64,000 bases of DNA from an uncultured Nitrososphaerota archaeon (GTDB taxonomy: Archaea; Thermoproteota; Nitrososphaeria; Nitrososphaerales; CADDZS01): assembly GCA_963799845.1 (NCBI GenBank), contig CAWCYI010000006.1, forward strand, positions 192,001-256,000, written 5' to 3'. Every line of letters starts with the position of its first letter. Position 1 is the first letter of the stretch. A program made the translations under genes and the position numbers. Positions 49,819 through 59,607 of this stretch are shown here, in pieces. The notes beneath the pieces are model-generated. The model did no database searches. It saw only the letters and a list, made by a program, of their open reading frames with translations, and was not told the origin of the DNA.

Positions 49819-50760
49819 GTGTCTAACTGCATGGAAACAATTTCAATGTCAGCTGCCCCTCTAGCATCGCTTGTAAAAGAGCAGGTTTCACAGAGCGTCG
49901 CAGGCATGCAAAAGGAGCACGGGGTAGCGCCAAAACTGGTCGCCCTGCTCATAGGAAAAGATCCAGTGTCTCGGACGTACGTTGATCTGAAGAGGAAAGA
50001 CTGTGCGGAAGTCGGGATAATATCGGAAGTAATCGATCTCAGTTCAGAAGATATCTCTCCCGGAAGGATTCTGGAGGTAATCAAGGATCTGAACGACGAC
50101 CCTGCGGTTCATGCAATCATCCCGCAGATGCCGTTTAGTAGAAAAATCCCGGAAGAGTCCGTTTTCTCTACGCTGAGTCCCGGTAAAGACGTAGACGGAT
50201 TAACTCCATTTCGACTGGGAAAGTTGATCAGGACCGAGTATGAATTGGAACACTCTCTGCTTCCGTGCACTCCAAAAGGAATCACTCTGCTGTGCAAATA
50301 CTACACCGTACCGCTGGAAGGGGCCGACGTTGTAATTGTGGGCAGAGGCATCCTTGTCGGCGAACCGTTGAGGAAGCTCCTTCAGGATCTTAATGCCACC
50401 GTTACCTGCTGTCACACCAAGACGAGAAACCTTCCACAGAAATTAAAGGATGCAGATATCGTGGTTGCGGCTAGCGGAAGGCCGCCAGAGATCTGCGGGG
50501 ACCGCGGCTTCCGGCTCACTGGTGACATGGTCAAGGAAGGTTGCACAGTTATTTCTGTTGGAGTAAGCAAAGATCCAGCATCCGGGAAAATGCTCTTCGA
50601 CATCGACTCTAACTCGCTAAAGGGGAAGTGCAAGTTTATGACCCCCAACACGGGGGGTGTCGGTGTCATGACGAGGGCTTGTCTGCTTCAAAACACAATC
50701 ATCGCTGCCACGCAAAAGTTAACAGAAAATCGATCGACAGAATCTGGTACTACATTTTAG
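49819..50760 (+). CDS. folD: Methylenetetrahydrofolate dehydrogenase/cyclohydrolase
   Basis: YV..K, KDVDG, PCTP.G, GRG..VG.P, TP..GGVG.MT. Confidence 0.92.
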   Translation: MSNCMETISMSAAPLASLVKEQVSQSVAGMQKEHGVAPKLVALLIGKDPVSRTYVDLKRKDCAEVGIISEVIDLSSEDISPGRILEVIKDLNDDPAVHAIIPQMPFSRKIPEESVFSTLSPGKDVDGLTPFRLGKLIRTEYELEHSLLPCTPKGITLLCKYYTVPLEGADVVIVGRGILVGEPLRKLLQDLNATVTCCHTKTRNLPQKLKDADIVVAASGRPPEICGDRGFRLTGDMVKEGCTVISVGVSKDPASGKMLFDIDSNSLKGKCKFMTPNTGGVGVMTRACLLQNTIIAATQKLTENRSTESGTTF

Positions 50761-50811
50761 TGAAAGCAGATGGAGCGAATTTCACTTGGTCAATTTCAAT
50801 CGTGAATTAAT

Positions 50812-51618
50812 CTAGAATTTTCTTTCGATGTAATCAAGCATTGACTTGAATATTCCAGCACCCTCGCCATGAGTCGGGATTTCCCTCTTCATAGTCCAGT
50901 CTGGCATCTGGTAACCCCAGTAAGCGTCTTCAGGATGTGGCATCAACCCGAAAACAGTCCCGGACGGGCTACAAATTCCAGCTACATCGAGCTCCGATCC
51001 GTTCGGATTGTCGGGATACTTCTGGGAAGCAGGCTCACCTGATGGCTTTGCGTACTGAAGTGCAATCTGGTTATTGGCGGCCAAACATTCTATAATCTCG
51101 GGATTTTGCGTGATGAAGCGCCCTTCTCCGTGGGCCACAGGGAAACGATGTACGCCCGACAGCTCCTTTGTAAAAATGCAATTAGATTTCACATTGGCAA
51201 TCAAATTTACCCATCTGCATTCGAACCTGCCCGATTCATTGCTCGCTAGTGAAACCTGGGGCGAATCTGAAAAATCCAGATACGGTAAAAGTCCGGCTTC
51301 AACGAGGACCTGGAATCCGTTGCAAATTCCTAGTATCGGCTTTCCCGCTTCTGCAAACAATCTCAGGTCCTCGCCGAGAAATGCTTGAATCCTTTTAGCC
51401 CATATCGCTCCAGCCCTGACGTAATCGCCGTACGCAAATCCTCCCGGCAGAACGAGCCCGAGATACGTACCGAGGTTTCTTCGCCTCAGAATATCATTAA
51501 GATGAAGAATCTCGACGATCGCGCCCTGGTCCTCGAGTGCTGCTGCGGCGTCGGCATCCCTGTTCGTGCCGGCTACTCGCATTATGCATATCTTTACATC
51601 CTCTCGCCGCATCAACAA
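50812..51618 (-). CDS. purQ: FGAM synthase glutaminase subunit
   Basis: GTN.D, PGGF.YGD, GICNGFQ, AHGEG, GLMPHPE. Confidence 0.95.
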   Translation of the reverse strand: MLMRREDVKICIMRVAGTNRDADAAAALEDQGAIVEILHLNDILRRRNLGTYLGLVLPGGFAYGDYVRAGAIWAKRIQAFLGEDLRLFAEAGKPILGICNGFQVLVEAGLLPYLDFSDSPQVSLASNESGRFECRWVNLIANVKSNCIFTKELSGVHRFPVAHGEGRFITQNPEIIECLAANNQIALQYAKPSGEPASQKYPDNPNGSELDVAGICSPSGTVFGLMPHPEDAYWGYQMPDWTMKREIPTHGEGAGIFKSMLDYIERKF

Positions 51619-51624
51619 AGCCCT

Positions 51625-53985
51625 CTATTTGCCTGCGAAAGGAGTGGAAAAACCGCCATTCCACGCAGAAGTGCAATCCTCCGCGGTAGTCGAAATCAGG
51701 AGTTTTCCTTCGTGATCGAGTACGCGGATACCGCTGTTTGTTATTTTGCCAATTTCTGAATAGGCAATGCCTTTCATCAATTTTTCAAATTTCGGCTCCT
51801 CCCCTACTTCAACTTCCACAATGAACCTAGAGTTCGATTCAGAAAATAGTTGTTCGATAACTTCCAGAACGGAAGAACTTGTCGGGAGTCTGATCTCCGA
51901 TCCGAGTCCGTTGGTTATGCACATTTCTGCAAGAGAGGCTGCGAGGCCTCCCTGCGATATATCATGGACTGCTCTAACAAAAGTCTGATCAGTAGCACGA
52001 TTCATCGCTTTGTATAGTGCGGGCGCTTTCTTCACATCGAGCTTCGGTACTTCTCCTCCACCAACTTTCTTTAGTCGGAAATATTCAGACCCTCCCAGTT
52101 CTGGCAAAGTATCTCCAACAAGATAAACGGAATCACCAGCAGTCTTGAAGTCAGAGCTCATTGACCGCGAAAAGTCCGGTACTATCCCGATCGCAGTGAC
52201 AACAAGGGTGGGCAGGATTTCTCCTAGGGGAGTCTGATTGTAGAGACTGTCCTTTCCAGAAATGAACGGTGTCTCGTAAGCTTTCGAAACGTCGTAGCAG
52301 GCTTTAGCAGCGCGCACGAGGTGTCCGAGGTTTTCTGGATCCTCCGGATCGCCCCAAGCAAAATTGTCGAGAAGCGCGATCCGCCTGCCGCCAACAGCGA
52401 CATTGTTCCTCACCGCCTCATCGATGGAGGATGCTGCCATCCAGTAAGCATCAATCGCGCCGAACTTTGGATTATATCCACACGAAATTGCCAATCCCTT
52501 TTCCGAACTCATGACGGGTTTGAGAACTGATGCATCATTGGGACCCGAGCCCGGATACTGAAACGGTTTGAGGACAGTGTTACCTTTGACCTCAAAGTCA
52601 TACGTGCGCACAAATTCCTCTTTGCTTGCGATATTCGGTGATCGAAGCAGCGATAGCAGGTCTTCGGTGAGATTCAGGTTCCTAATTTTCCCCAGACCAC
52701 TAGTTTCCGTTCCGATCTTATTTGTGTGTGGATAACTCGCTTCAAGCTCGGGGAGCGGCGGAGAAAATAGAAAATCTAGGTTTAACTCTCCCAGATCTTC
52801 TGTTCTATTTTTCAGCACTATTTCGCCGGAATCAGTCAGCTTTCCGATGGCGCCTGCTTCTATCTCCTCTCTTTCAAAAATTGACAGCGCCTTTGCAAGG
52901 GTCTGCTCTGGAATTACAAGCAACATTCTCTCCTGAGATTCTGAGATCCAGATTTCCCACGGCTCAATCTCCCGGATCTTCAGGGGTACGCTTGCCAAGT
53001 CCACGTCAGCGCCGAAACCAAATGATCTTGCAATCTCGCAAACCGCGGACGACAGCCCACCTCCTCCCAGATCGGTTATTGCAGATGCGAGCCTGCGATC
53101 CCCGATCTCAAGGACGGCTCTCATCAGCTTCTCTTCGACAATCGGATCGGGAATTTGAACCGCAGACCTCAGCGCGTCGGTGTCTCCTTCGATCTTATCC
53201 GATGCAAAATTGACTCCGTGGATTCCATCTCTCCCAGTTCTCGCCCCTGCGATGACAAGCACATCTCCCGGCTTTGCAGACCTTGCATAGCTTCTATTTT
53301 TTAGAAGACCAATGCAACCGCAAAAGACCAGAGTGTAACCGGTGTACGCTTCGTCAAAATATATTCCGCCGTTGACGGTCGGAATACCCATGTTGTTTCC
53401 GTATGCACCGACCCCCGATACCACGCCGCTGAGCAAGTAGCGGGGGTGCTTGATGTTCCCTGGCAGTTTCCCGTACGGAAAATTCAGATCGCCGAAAAAT
53501 AACGTGTCTGTGATCGCGATTGGCTCCGCGAATACTCCGAGAATGTCCCGTATCACGCCGCCGACCCCGGTGGCCGCGCCTCCGAATGGTTCGATCGCGC
53601 TGGGATGGTTGTGAGTTTCGACCTTCGCCGCGATAGAGATTGTCTCTTCGAATTTTATTAATCCAGCATTGTCAGTAAATGCCGAAACAACCCAGCTCGC
53701 TCCGATTTCTTCGGTGGCTCTCTTGATGTAGGATTTGAAAAGACCATCTACCGTTTCCTTACCAATCTTGATTTTGGATTTGAACACCTTGTGAAAACAA
53801 TGTTCAGACCAAGTCTGAGCGATCGTTTGAAGCTCGATTTCGGTTGGATCGCGACCCACTTTCCTAAAGAAAGTCCTGATCGCTGATACCTCCGGCAGAC
53901 TGAGACCAGTATTCAGCTTGCGGCAGAGCTGGTACGCCTTTTTTTCGTCTAGCGAGATCAGCTTAAGACTCTGCGCGGTTGCCAA
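51625..53985 (-). CDS. purL: FGAM synthase synthetase subunit
   Basis: WSEHC.HK, ETHNHPS, GAATGVGG.IRD, SESQERM, HDIS.GG. Confidence 0.95.
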   Translation of the reverse strand: MATAQSLKLISLDEKKAYQLCRKLNTGLSLPEVSAIRTFFRKVGRDPTEIELQTIAQTWSEHCFHKVFKSKIKIGKETVDGLFKSYIKRATEEIGASWVVSAFTDNAGLIKFEETISIAAKVETHNHPSAIEPFGGAATGVGGVIRDILGVFAEPIAITDTLFFGDLNFPYGKLPGNIKHPRYLLSGVVSGVGAYGNNMGIPTVNGGIYFDEAYTGYTLVFCGCIGLLKNRSYARSAKPGDVLVIAGARTGRDGIHGVNFASDKIEGDTDALRSAVQIPDPIVEEKLMRAVLEIGDRRLASAITDLGGGGLSSAVCEIARSFGFGADVDLASVPLKIREIEPWEIWISESQERMLLVIPEQTLAKALSIFEREEIEAGAIGKLTDSGEIVLKNRTEDLGELNLDFLFSPPLPELEASYPHTNKIGTETSGLGKIRNLNLTEDLLSLLRSPNIASKEEFVRTYDFEVKGNTVLKPFQYPGSGPNDASVLKPVMSSEKGLAISCGYNPKFGAIDAYWMAASSIDEAVRNNVAVGGRRIALLDNFAWGDPEDPENLGHLVRAAKACYDVSKAYETPFISGKDSLYNQTPLGEILPTLVVTAIGIVPDFSRSMSSDFKTAGDSVYLVGDTLPELGGSEYFRLKKVGGGEVPKLDVKKAPALYKAMNRATDQTFVRAVHDISQGGLAASLAEMCITNGLGSEIRLPTSSSVLEVIEQLFSESNSRFIVEVEVGEEPKFEKLMKGIAYSEIGKITNSGIRVLDHEGKLLISTTAEDCTSAWNGGFSTPFAGK

Positions 53986-54229
53986 TGGGCTCTACCTTAA
54001 GACTGAATTTATCCTTCGTGGGATTGACGAGAAGCCTAGAACACATATTGCGAACAATTACCTCTGCTTCTTTCTTGGTTCCCGAATCAATCGTAATTTC
54101 ATAGACCTTCATAGCTCTGACATTTGTAACTGGAAAGCTTAGGTCCTGCAAGGTTCTCTTCACGGTCTCTGATTCAGGGTCTACGCTGTCTTTCTTCAGA
54201 CCAATTTCGATCGTTGCTCTAAATCTCAA
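53963..54229 (-). CDS. purS: FGAM synthase PurS subunit
   Basis: K....DPE, LL.NP. Confidence 0.9.
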   Translation of the reverse strand: MRFRATIEIGLKKDSVDPESETVKRTLQDLSFPVTNVRAMKVYEITIDSGTKKEAEVIVRNMCSRLLVNPTKDKFSLKVEPIGNRAES

Positions 54230-54279
54230 TTACACTGAACACTTTATTTTCAATTACAAGATACTAATTTCCGAATAGA

Positions 54280-55404
54280 TCATAAGAAAATAGCCTTCTC
54301 GGTGAAGCCGCTTTCAACCGAGATTTTTCCATCAGTCGTTACGTAACCGATATCTTCTGCTGGGCAGAGATTATTTAAGGAATCAAGCGCACGCGGGACG
54401 TCTTTTGGAGATATTACGATTGCGAAACCGTATCCCATGTTGAACGTCCTGAACATCTCCGGAATGGAGATTGGCGTGCCCGAGGCTCGGGCGGTGTCAA
54501 TAATCAATTTGAAAATGGCTGGTTTTCTTGAAAGCCTTAGTCTCAAACCTAAACCGGATTTTCCAACCTTAGACTGCCACTGCAGTAATCTGTGAAACTT
54601 TGAAAGCCCGTCGCCCGTTACGTGAACGGCGGCTTTGATTTTGGCGATTTCTCTTAGACTCTTCATTTCCTTGACGTAAATTCGAGTTGGCTCCATCAAT
54701 TCCTCGATCAACGGACGGCCAAGGTCGTCGGGAGAATCATATGGGTCGAACTTACCACCCCATTCAAGAAGTAGAACCTTCCTTGCGAGAGTAAGCCCGT
54801 TGGAGTGCACACCAGAACTTTCGAGGCCTATGATTCTATCTCCCGGCGAAATATTCCCGCCGATGATATCGGCCTTTTTGACGATCCCAAGACAAGAGAC
54901 AAACAGGTCGAATGGAAGAGACCCGCCTTTTATTCGATCGTGGAGAAGTTCGGCTACGTCTCCGGTCTCGCCCGAAGCAAGTGCGCAACCTGCGATTTTC
55001 GCTGCGTTTTGAACTCCCGAGATTATCGAATGCAGCGTCTCCGGATTAGATTTGGATATGTGTACGGCATCGCTGACCAATATTGAGTCCGCTCCAGATC
55101 TGATCACGTCATTAACCGCCATCGCGACCCCGTCTATTCCAATGGTGCTATAATCGCCCGACAGCTCAGTGAGGAGGGTTTTCGTCCCCACTCCTTCGAT
55201 CTCCATGTCAAAATATGAATCGGGAGTTAATGGCGAGGGAAAAAGCGTCCCAAACGGGAGCCTCACAACTTTCCCGAATTTATATGATCCCGCCTGTTCC
55301 GAGAGTACACTCTGGATGTTGAATTGAGATTCTTGTCGAGTGTGCCTGTCGACGCCAAGTCGTGAGTAAGTGAGTTTTTTCGGCTCACCTTTCTTTGCCT
55401 TCAA
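54280..55404 (-). CDS. purM: AIR synthetase
   Basis: EGVGTK, GID.VAM.VND, GET, SSGVHSNG, HVTG.G, FNMG.G. Confidence 0.92.
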   Translation of the reverse strand: MKAKKGEPKKLTYSRLGVDRHTRQESQFNIQSVLSEQAGSYKFGKVVRLPFGTLFPSPLTPDSYFDMEIEGVGTKTLLTELSGDYSTIGIDGVAMAVNDVIRSGADSILVSDAVHISKSNPETLHSIISGVQNAAKIAGCALASGETGDVAELLHDRIKGGSLPFDLFVSCLGIVKKADIIGGNISPGDRIIGLESSGVHSNGLTLARKVLLLEWGGKFDPYDSPDDLGRPLIEELMEPTRIYVKEMKSLREIAKIKAAVHVTGDGLSKFHRLLQWQSKVGKSGLGLRLRLSRKPAIFKLIIDTARASGTPISIPEMFRTFNMGYGFAIVISPKDVPRALDSLNNLCPAEDIGYVTTDGKISVESGFTEKAIFL

Positions 55405-55620
55405 TTCAATACCGCGCTGAATTCATTTGGGAGTCTCTGCGAATATAGTCGTGTTTCTTGCAAGGCGCATCCAGAATATACCAAGGAAGTCTGTCGTTCA
55501 AATATCAGTTTTCATGCCTTTATTAAAAAAATGTACTGGTACTGTACTTTCGAAATTGATACTACCTATAGGTCGATGCAAGACAGCATCGATGACTTCG
55601 GCCTCTTTTCATTTCGGAGT

Positions 55621-57069
55621 CTATTTGTTGAGTTCTTTCGAAAGAGCTGAGACCTGAGCCTTCCACGAGCGAGCGACCTTTCGGGCTTTTTCCTCGGAGA
55701 TTCCAAGATACTTTACCGGATCGTCTACCAAAGCCCATCCCGAACTGGGAATCTTGTCGTAGTACTTGGCGAGTTTGGCATCCGTTCTTATGAGGTCTCG
55801 AAAACTCTTCTTTTTCTCAATGGATTCCTGCACCAGTCTTCGAACAGTTTCATGAGCATCCGGGTGGCCCCGGGCCGCAAGTAGAATGTAAAGAGGCTCC
55901 GATGCTATCTTGTCGGCGCTGAGCGCCAAGTTCTTCTGAAGCATCTTCTCATCGACCGTAAGTTTCAATTTGTCCTTCTTATCGTCCCACAAAGTTCGGA
56001 TCAATCGTCTGACGGAATAATCGAATGCGACGACGAGCTCCGGGAGATAGCGCTGGGAGGAAGAATTGGTCAGGTCCCGTTGGTGCTCCGAGATCTGATC
56101 CATGTAGACCGTCACCATCTGCGGCATGAATTTCTTCCACATGCTCTCGACATTCTCAAAGTTTATCGGGTTTCGTTTTTGGGGCATCGTCGACGAACCA
56201 ACCTGGTCCGCGGAGAACTCTTCAGAGATCTCGGAAATTTCGCTTCGCTGGAGATGTCGCATGTCCCTCGCGAAATTGGCTATTACCCCGAAGGCGGAAA
56301 CGATGGAATGCATCAGATCCGTTATTGGCTCGGGCTGGACAATTTGAGTAGAAACTTCGGAAGCTTTCAAACCGAGTGACGAAAGTAGTTGGGTTTCAAA
56401 TAATTCTGGATCTTTTAGTATCAGTGATAGGGGCCCGTAAACACCGACAGCCCCAGCGAACTTTCCCGAGAGATTATTTGCCGATTCTCTAATTTTCAGA
56501 ATTCTTTGTCCGAGTCTTGAAACGTAGTATGCGAACGAAAAGCCCACGGTTATCGGTTCGGCGTGCTGACCGTGCGTTCTTCCTATCTGCGGTAGGCTGG
56601 AATATTTCAAAGTAAGTTCGATAAGGACGGATTCAAGTTTCAGCAGGTCAGGAAGCACAACGTGGAAAATTGCGTCCTTGAAACGAAGGGCATTGGCGGT
56701 ATCCACAATGTCGTATGAGGTCGCGGTCAGGTGGACAAATGGTTTGGACTCGTCGGAAACTCGATTCCGAATGACATTTGCAAGAGCTCTAATGTCGTGC
56801 TTGATCTTGCGCTCCTCGACGTAGACTTCTTCGGCGGTCACCTGCTTAGCCGCCAGCTCAATCTCTTCAGCGACCTTTCTTGAGCAGATCCCGCTCTTGA
56901 ACAGTTGACTGGCGAGCGCACCCTCGACTCGAGCCTTGTATTCGACGTAGAACTCTTCTGAGAGAAACGGTAGGAGATCACTAACTGAATATCTAAAGTC
57001 TGTTGGGGAAAATAATTTCGAGAATTGCGGGAATTTTTTTTCCCCGGAATCGAAAGTAGCTTTCTTCAA
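55621..57069 (-). CDS. purB: Adenylosuccinate lyase
   Basis: TSYDIVD, GRTHGQHAEP, GSSTMPQKRNP, EHQRDL. Confidence 0.95.
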   Translation of the reverse strand: MKKATFDSGEKKFPQFSKLFSPTDFRYSVSDLLPFLSEEFYVEYKARVEGALASQLFKSGICSRKVAEEIELAAKQVTAEEVYVEERKIKHDIRALANVIRNRVSDESKPFVHLTATSYDIVDTANALRFKDAIFHVVLPDLLKLESVLIELTLKYSSLPQIGRTHGQHAEPITVGFSFAYYVSRLGQRILKIRESANNLSGKFAGAVGVYGPLSLILKDPELFETQLLSSLGLKASEVSTQIVQPEPITDLMHSIVSAFGVIANFARDMRHLQRSEISEISEEFSADQVGSSTMPQKRNPINFENVESMWKKFMPQMVTVYMDQISEHQRDLTNSSSQRYLPELVVAFDYSVRRLIRTLWDDKKDKLKLTVDEKMLQKNLALSADKIASEPLYILLAARGHPDAHETVRRLVQESIEKKKSFRDLIRTDAKLAKYYDKIPSSGWALVDDPVKYLGISEEKARKVARSWKAQVSALSKELNK

Positions 57070-57088
57070 TAACTGATCGCGAGCTCCA

Positions 57089-58009
57089 TCAAGTCTCGCT
57101 TAATCTGGAAATTACTTCATCTACGCTCAGAAGACCGAGAGACTCGACCGATCTCACGCCGGACAACACTTCCCACGCACCTTGGCAACGCTTTGATATT
57201 TGAGTCAGGACAAGATCGGGAAGATCGGGGATATCGCCTTCTCCGGAGAATCTCTTCCTGAGCAAGAAATCGCGCAGAAACTCCTTGTCCAGGCAATGTT
57301 TCTCCTGTTTCTCACCAATCTTGTACTTGTCCTTCGCCCAGAATCTCCCAGAATCATGAGTAGGAGGCTCGTCAATCTGAATAAGTTCGTCCTTAACCCG
57401 CCCATACTCCAGCTTGAAATCCGGGATGATAATTCCCTTCAGCCAAGCTTCTCTCTTGTAATATTCGAATAATCTGTAAGTCGCTTCTTCAAGTTCGTTC
57501 CACTCGTCAAGAGTAACCAGATTCCTTTGAAGCGCTTCGTCTTTGGATAGTTCCGCGTCATGTCCTTCGTCGCTCTTCGTGGTAGGTGTAAGAATAATCT
57601 CCGGAAGTTCCTCCGCCAGCTGCAAGCCGCCTGGAAGCTTTATCCCTGAAATTTCTCTGGCACCTTTCGAATACGTTCTCCAAGCTGAGCCATAAAGGTA
57701 GGCTCTAACAATCCATTCAATGTCGATTCTCTGGGCCTTTTTGACTCTCAAGGTGCGTTCATCGAATCTTGCAATCAGGTGGTTCTTGTAGATGTGATTG
57801 GTTTTCAAAAACCAGAATTCAGACAAGCTTGTCAGAGCGACCCCCTTGCCTTCAATTCCTAATGGCATTATTCTGTCGAAGGCGGAAATCCTGTCTGTTG
57901 CGACTATGAGAAGCTCGTCACCCTCGTCGTAAACGTCTCTGACTTTTCCGCGCCTCAAAAGTTTCTTATTTTGAAGTTCAGATTGCAGCATTACTGTCAA
58001 AGCTAGCAA
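57089..58009 (-). CDS. purC: SAICAR synthetase
   Basis: GKVRDVY, TDRISAFD, TPTTK..GHD, DFKLE.G, DKEFLRD. Confidence 0.95.
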   Translation of the reverse strand: MLALTVMLQSELQNKKLLRRGKVRDVYDEGDELLIVATDRISAFDRIMPLGIEGKGVALTSLSEFWFLKTNHIYKNHLIARFDERTLRVKKAQRIDIEWIVRAYLYGSAWRTYSKGAREISGIKLPGGLQLAEELPEIILTPTTKSDEGHDAELSKDEALQRNLVTLDEWNELEEATYRLFEYYKREAWLKGIIIPDFKLEYGRVKDELIQIDEPPTHDSGRFWAKDKYKIGEKQEKHCLDKEFLRDFLLRKRFSGEGDIPDLPDLVLTQISKRCQGAWEVLSGVRSVESLGLLSVDEVISRLSET

Positions 58010-58051
58010 ACTCCCGATATTTCGACTAATGTCTCTAAAATGAAATTATTC

Positions 58052-58541
58052 TCAAGCTGCATTCTTTTGAACGATCTCGGAATCGATTCTCTCCAGCTGA
58101 GTCCTTTTCTCGTTTGTCATAATTGCGATCTTGTTTTTCAGCTCAGAGTTCGACAACGCAAAAATCTGAGCCACAAAATTGGCAGCCTTTGACGGATCGT
58201 TCACAAAAGCAACCGGGACGTCCGAAGGAGTAAAGGCCGACGAAAATATCTTCATCAAATCATATTTGTCAAGATCTGGAGGGCACGCGATAACCGGAAA
58301 CAGCCGCTGGGCGGCCACTACTCCAGAGAGCGCGTCGGAAAGGCCAGCAACAGTGATCGCGACTATTTCGTCTCCGCTGGAAGAATACTGGCGCAGCAAT
58401 TTCAAGAGATACTCGGGAGTTCTGTGTGCAGAGGCGACCCTAGAGCTCGCTGGCTATGGAATATGATGAAAGAGAGGCCTTTATTTTTTCACAAAATTCC
58501 AAGTCGCTTTTCGACCCCATCAAGATTATGGCTTTTTGCAA
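58052..58541 (-). pseudogene. purE: AIR carboxylase PurE, +1 frameshift at ~58443 (probably a sequencing error)
   Basis: MQKAIILMGSKSD... then RVASAHRTP, AGLSDALSG, PVIACPP in the shifted frame. Confidence 0.85.
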
Positions 58542-58586
58542 TCTTACCCTCTCAGCTCCCGAAAGATACTCGGTCATCATTTATGC

Positions 58587-59561
58587 CTATTCGCTTCTGT
58601 CATTTGTATTGGAATTCAATTTCTTTTTCCACATTAGCGATCGTCGAACCGTTTTGGCTTGTTTCGAATCTAGTGGAACAAGTGGTGGGCGAACATCACC
58701 GCAATCCAATCCTATGAATCGAAGAGCTTCCTTCAGGGCGGCTGGAAAAGTTCCCAGTCCGAGAATCTCAGTGAATCCGTCTATTTTTTCCTGAGCTTTC
58801 CTAGCCTGCTCGAAGTTGCCATCCTTGAAAAATTCATAAATTCTGCAGGTCTCTTCTGGCAGCACATTCGCGCATCCCACAGTTGCTCCTGACGCACCCA
58901 ATTCAAGGGCTGAAAGGATGAGTGGATCAGATCCAATCGTGACTGGAACGACCCCCTTCAAGATTCGCAGATAGCCCAGGAATTGTTCAAGGTCACTAGT
59001 TGTGAATTTGACCCCGAAAACTTTGCCGGGATGGCGAGTGGCCAATTTCTTCACAATTTCAGGTTGAACGCCGTATCCTATCCATGACGGTATATTGTAA
59101 ATCATAAGCGGCAGTTTCACATTTTCAATTATTGCGCTGAAATGATTGAACAAGCCATCCTCGGTCGTTTTGTAATACATCGGTCCCGTGGCAATTACGG
59201 CATCTACTCCAGCTTCTTCAGCACTCTGACCGAGTTCTATCGCGTTCTTTGTAGATGCTTCCGAAATTCCGGCAATGACGGGAACTCTGCCGTGAGCAGC
59301 TCTTGAGACGGTCCTAACCGCCTCCTTTCTCTCCTCGTGGCTTTGCATCAAGAATTCTCCGGATGTCCCGTTCACCATCAGAGCATTCACTTGATTATCG
59401 GACAAGTAGCTAGTAAGTTTCGAAAGTGCCGCGTGATCAATTTCCTCCATGTTTTTTCCTTTGAACGGCGTGACCATGGGAACAATTATGCCGTGAAGAT
59501 CATTGTGCGATTTCTTCGGTCCGGATTGTTGATTCAATATAGTCCCTTTGCGCGGTTTCAT
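58587..59561 (-). CDS. DHDPS-family aldolase (KDG aldolase/DapA-like)
   Basis: VTPF, GTSGE, YNIP, GVKFT, R.PL. Confidence 0.85.
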   Translation of the reverse strand: MKPRKGTILNQQSGPKKSHNDLHGIIVPMVTPFKGKNMEEIDHAALSKLTSYLSDNQVNALMVNGTSGEFLMQSHEERKEAVRTVSRAAHGRVPVIAGISEASTKNAIELGQSAEEAGVDAVIATGPMYYKTTEDGLFNHFSAIIENVKLPLMIYNIPSWIGYGVQPEIVKKLATRHPGKVFGVKFTTSDLEQFLGYLRILKGVVPVTIGSDPLILSALELGASGATVGCANVLPEETCRIYEFFKDGNFEQARKAQEKIDGFTEILGLGTFPAALKEALRFIGLDCGDVRPPLVPLDSKQAKTVRRSLMWKKKLNSNTNDRSE

Positions 59562-59607
59562 TTTCGAGACACGTATTTCTGGGTTCCCGACACAGGAAAA
59601 AGTTGAG

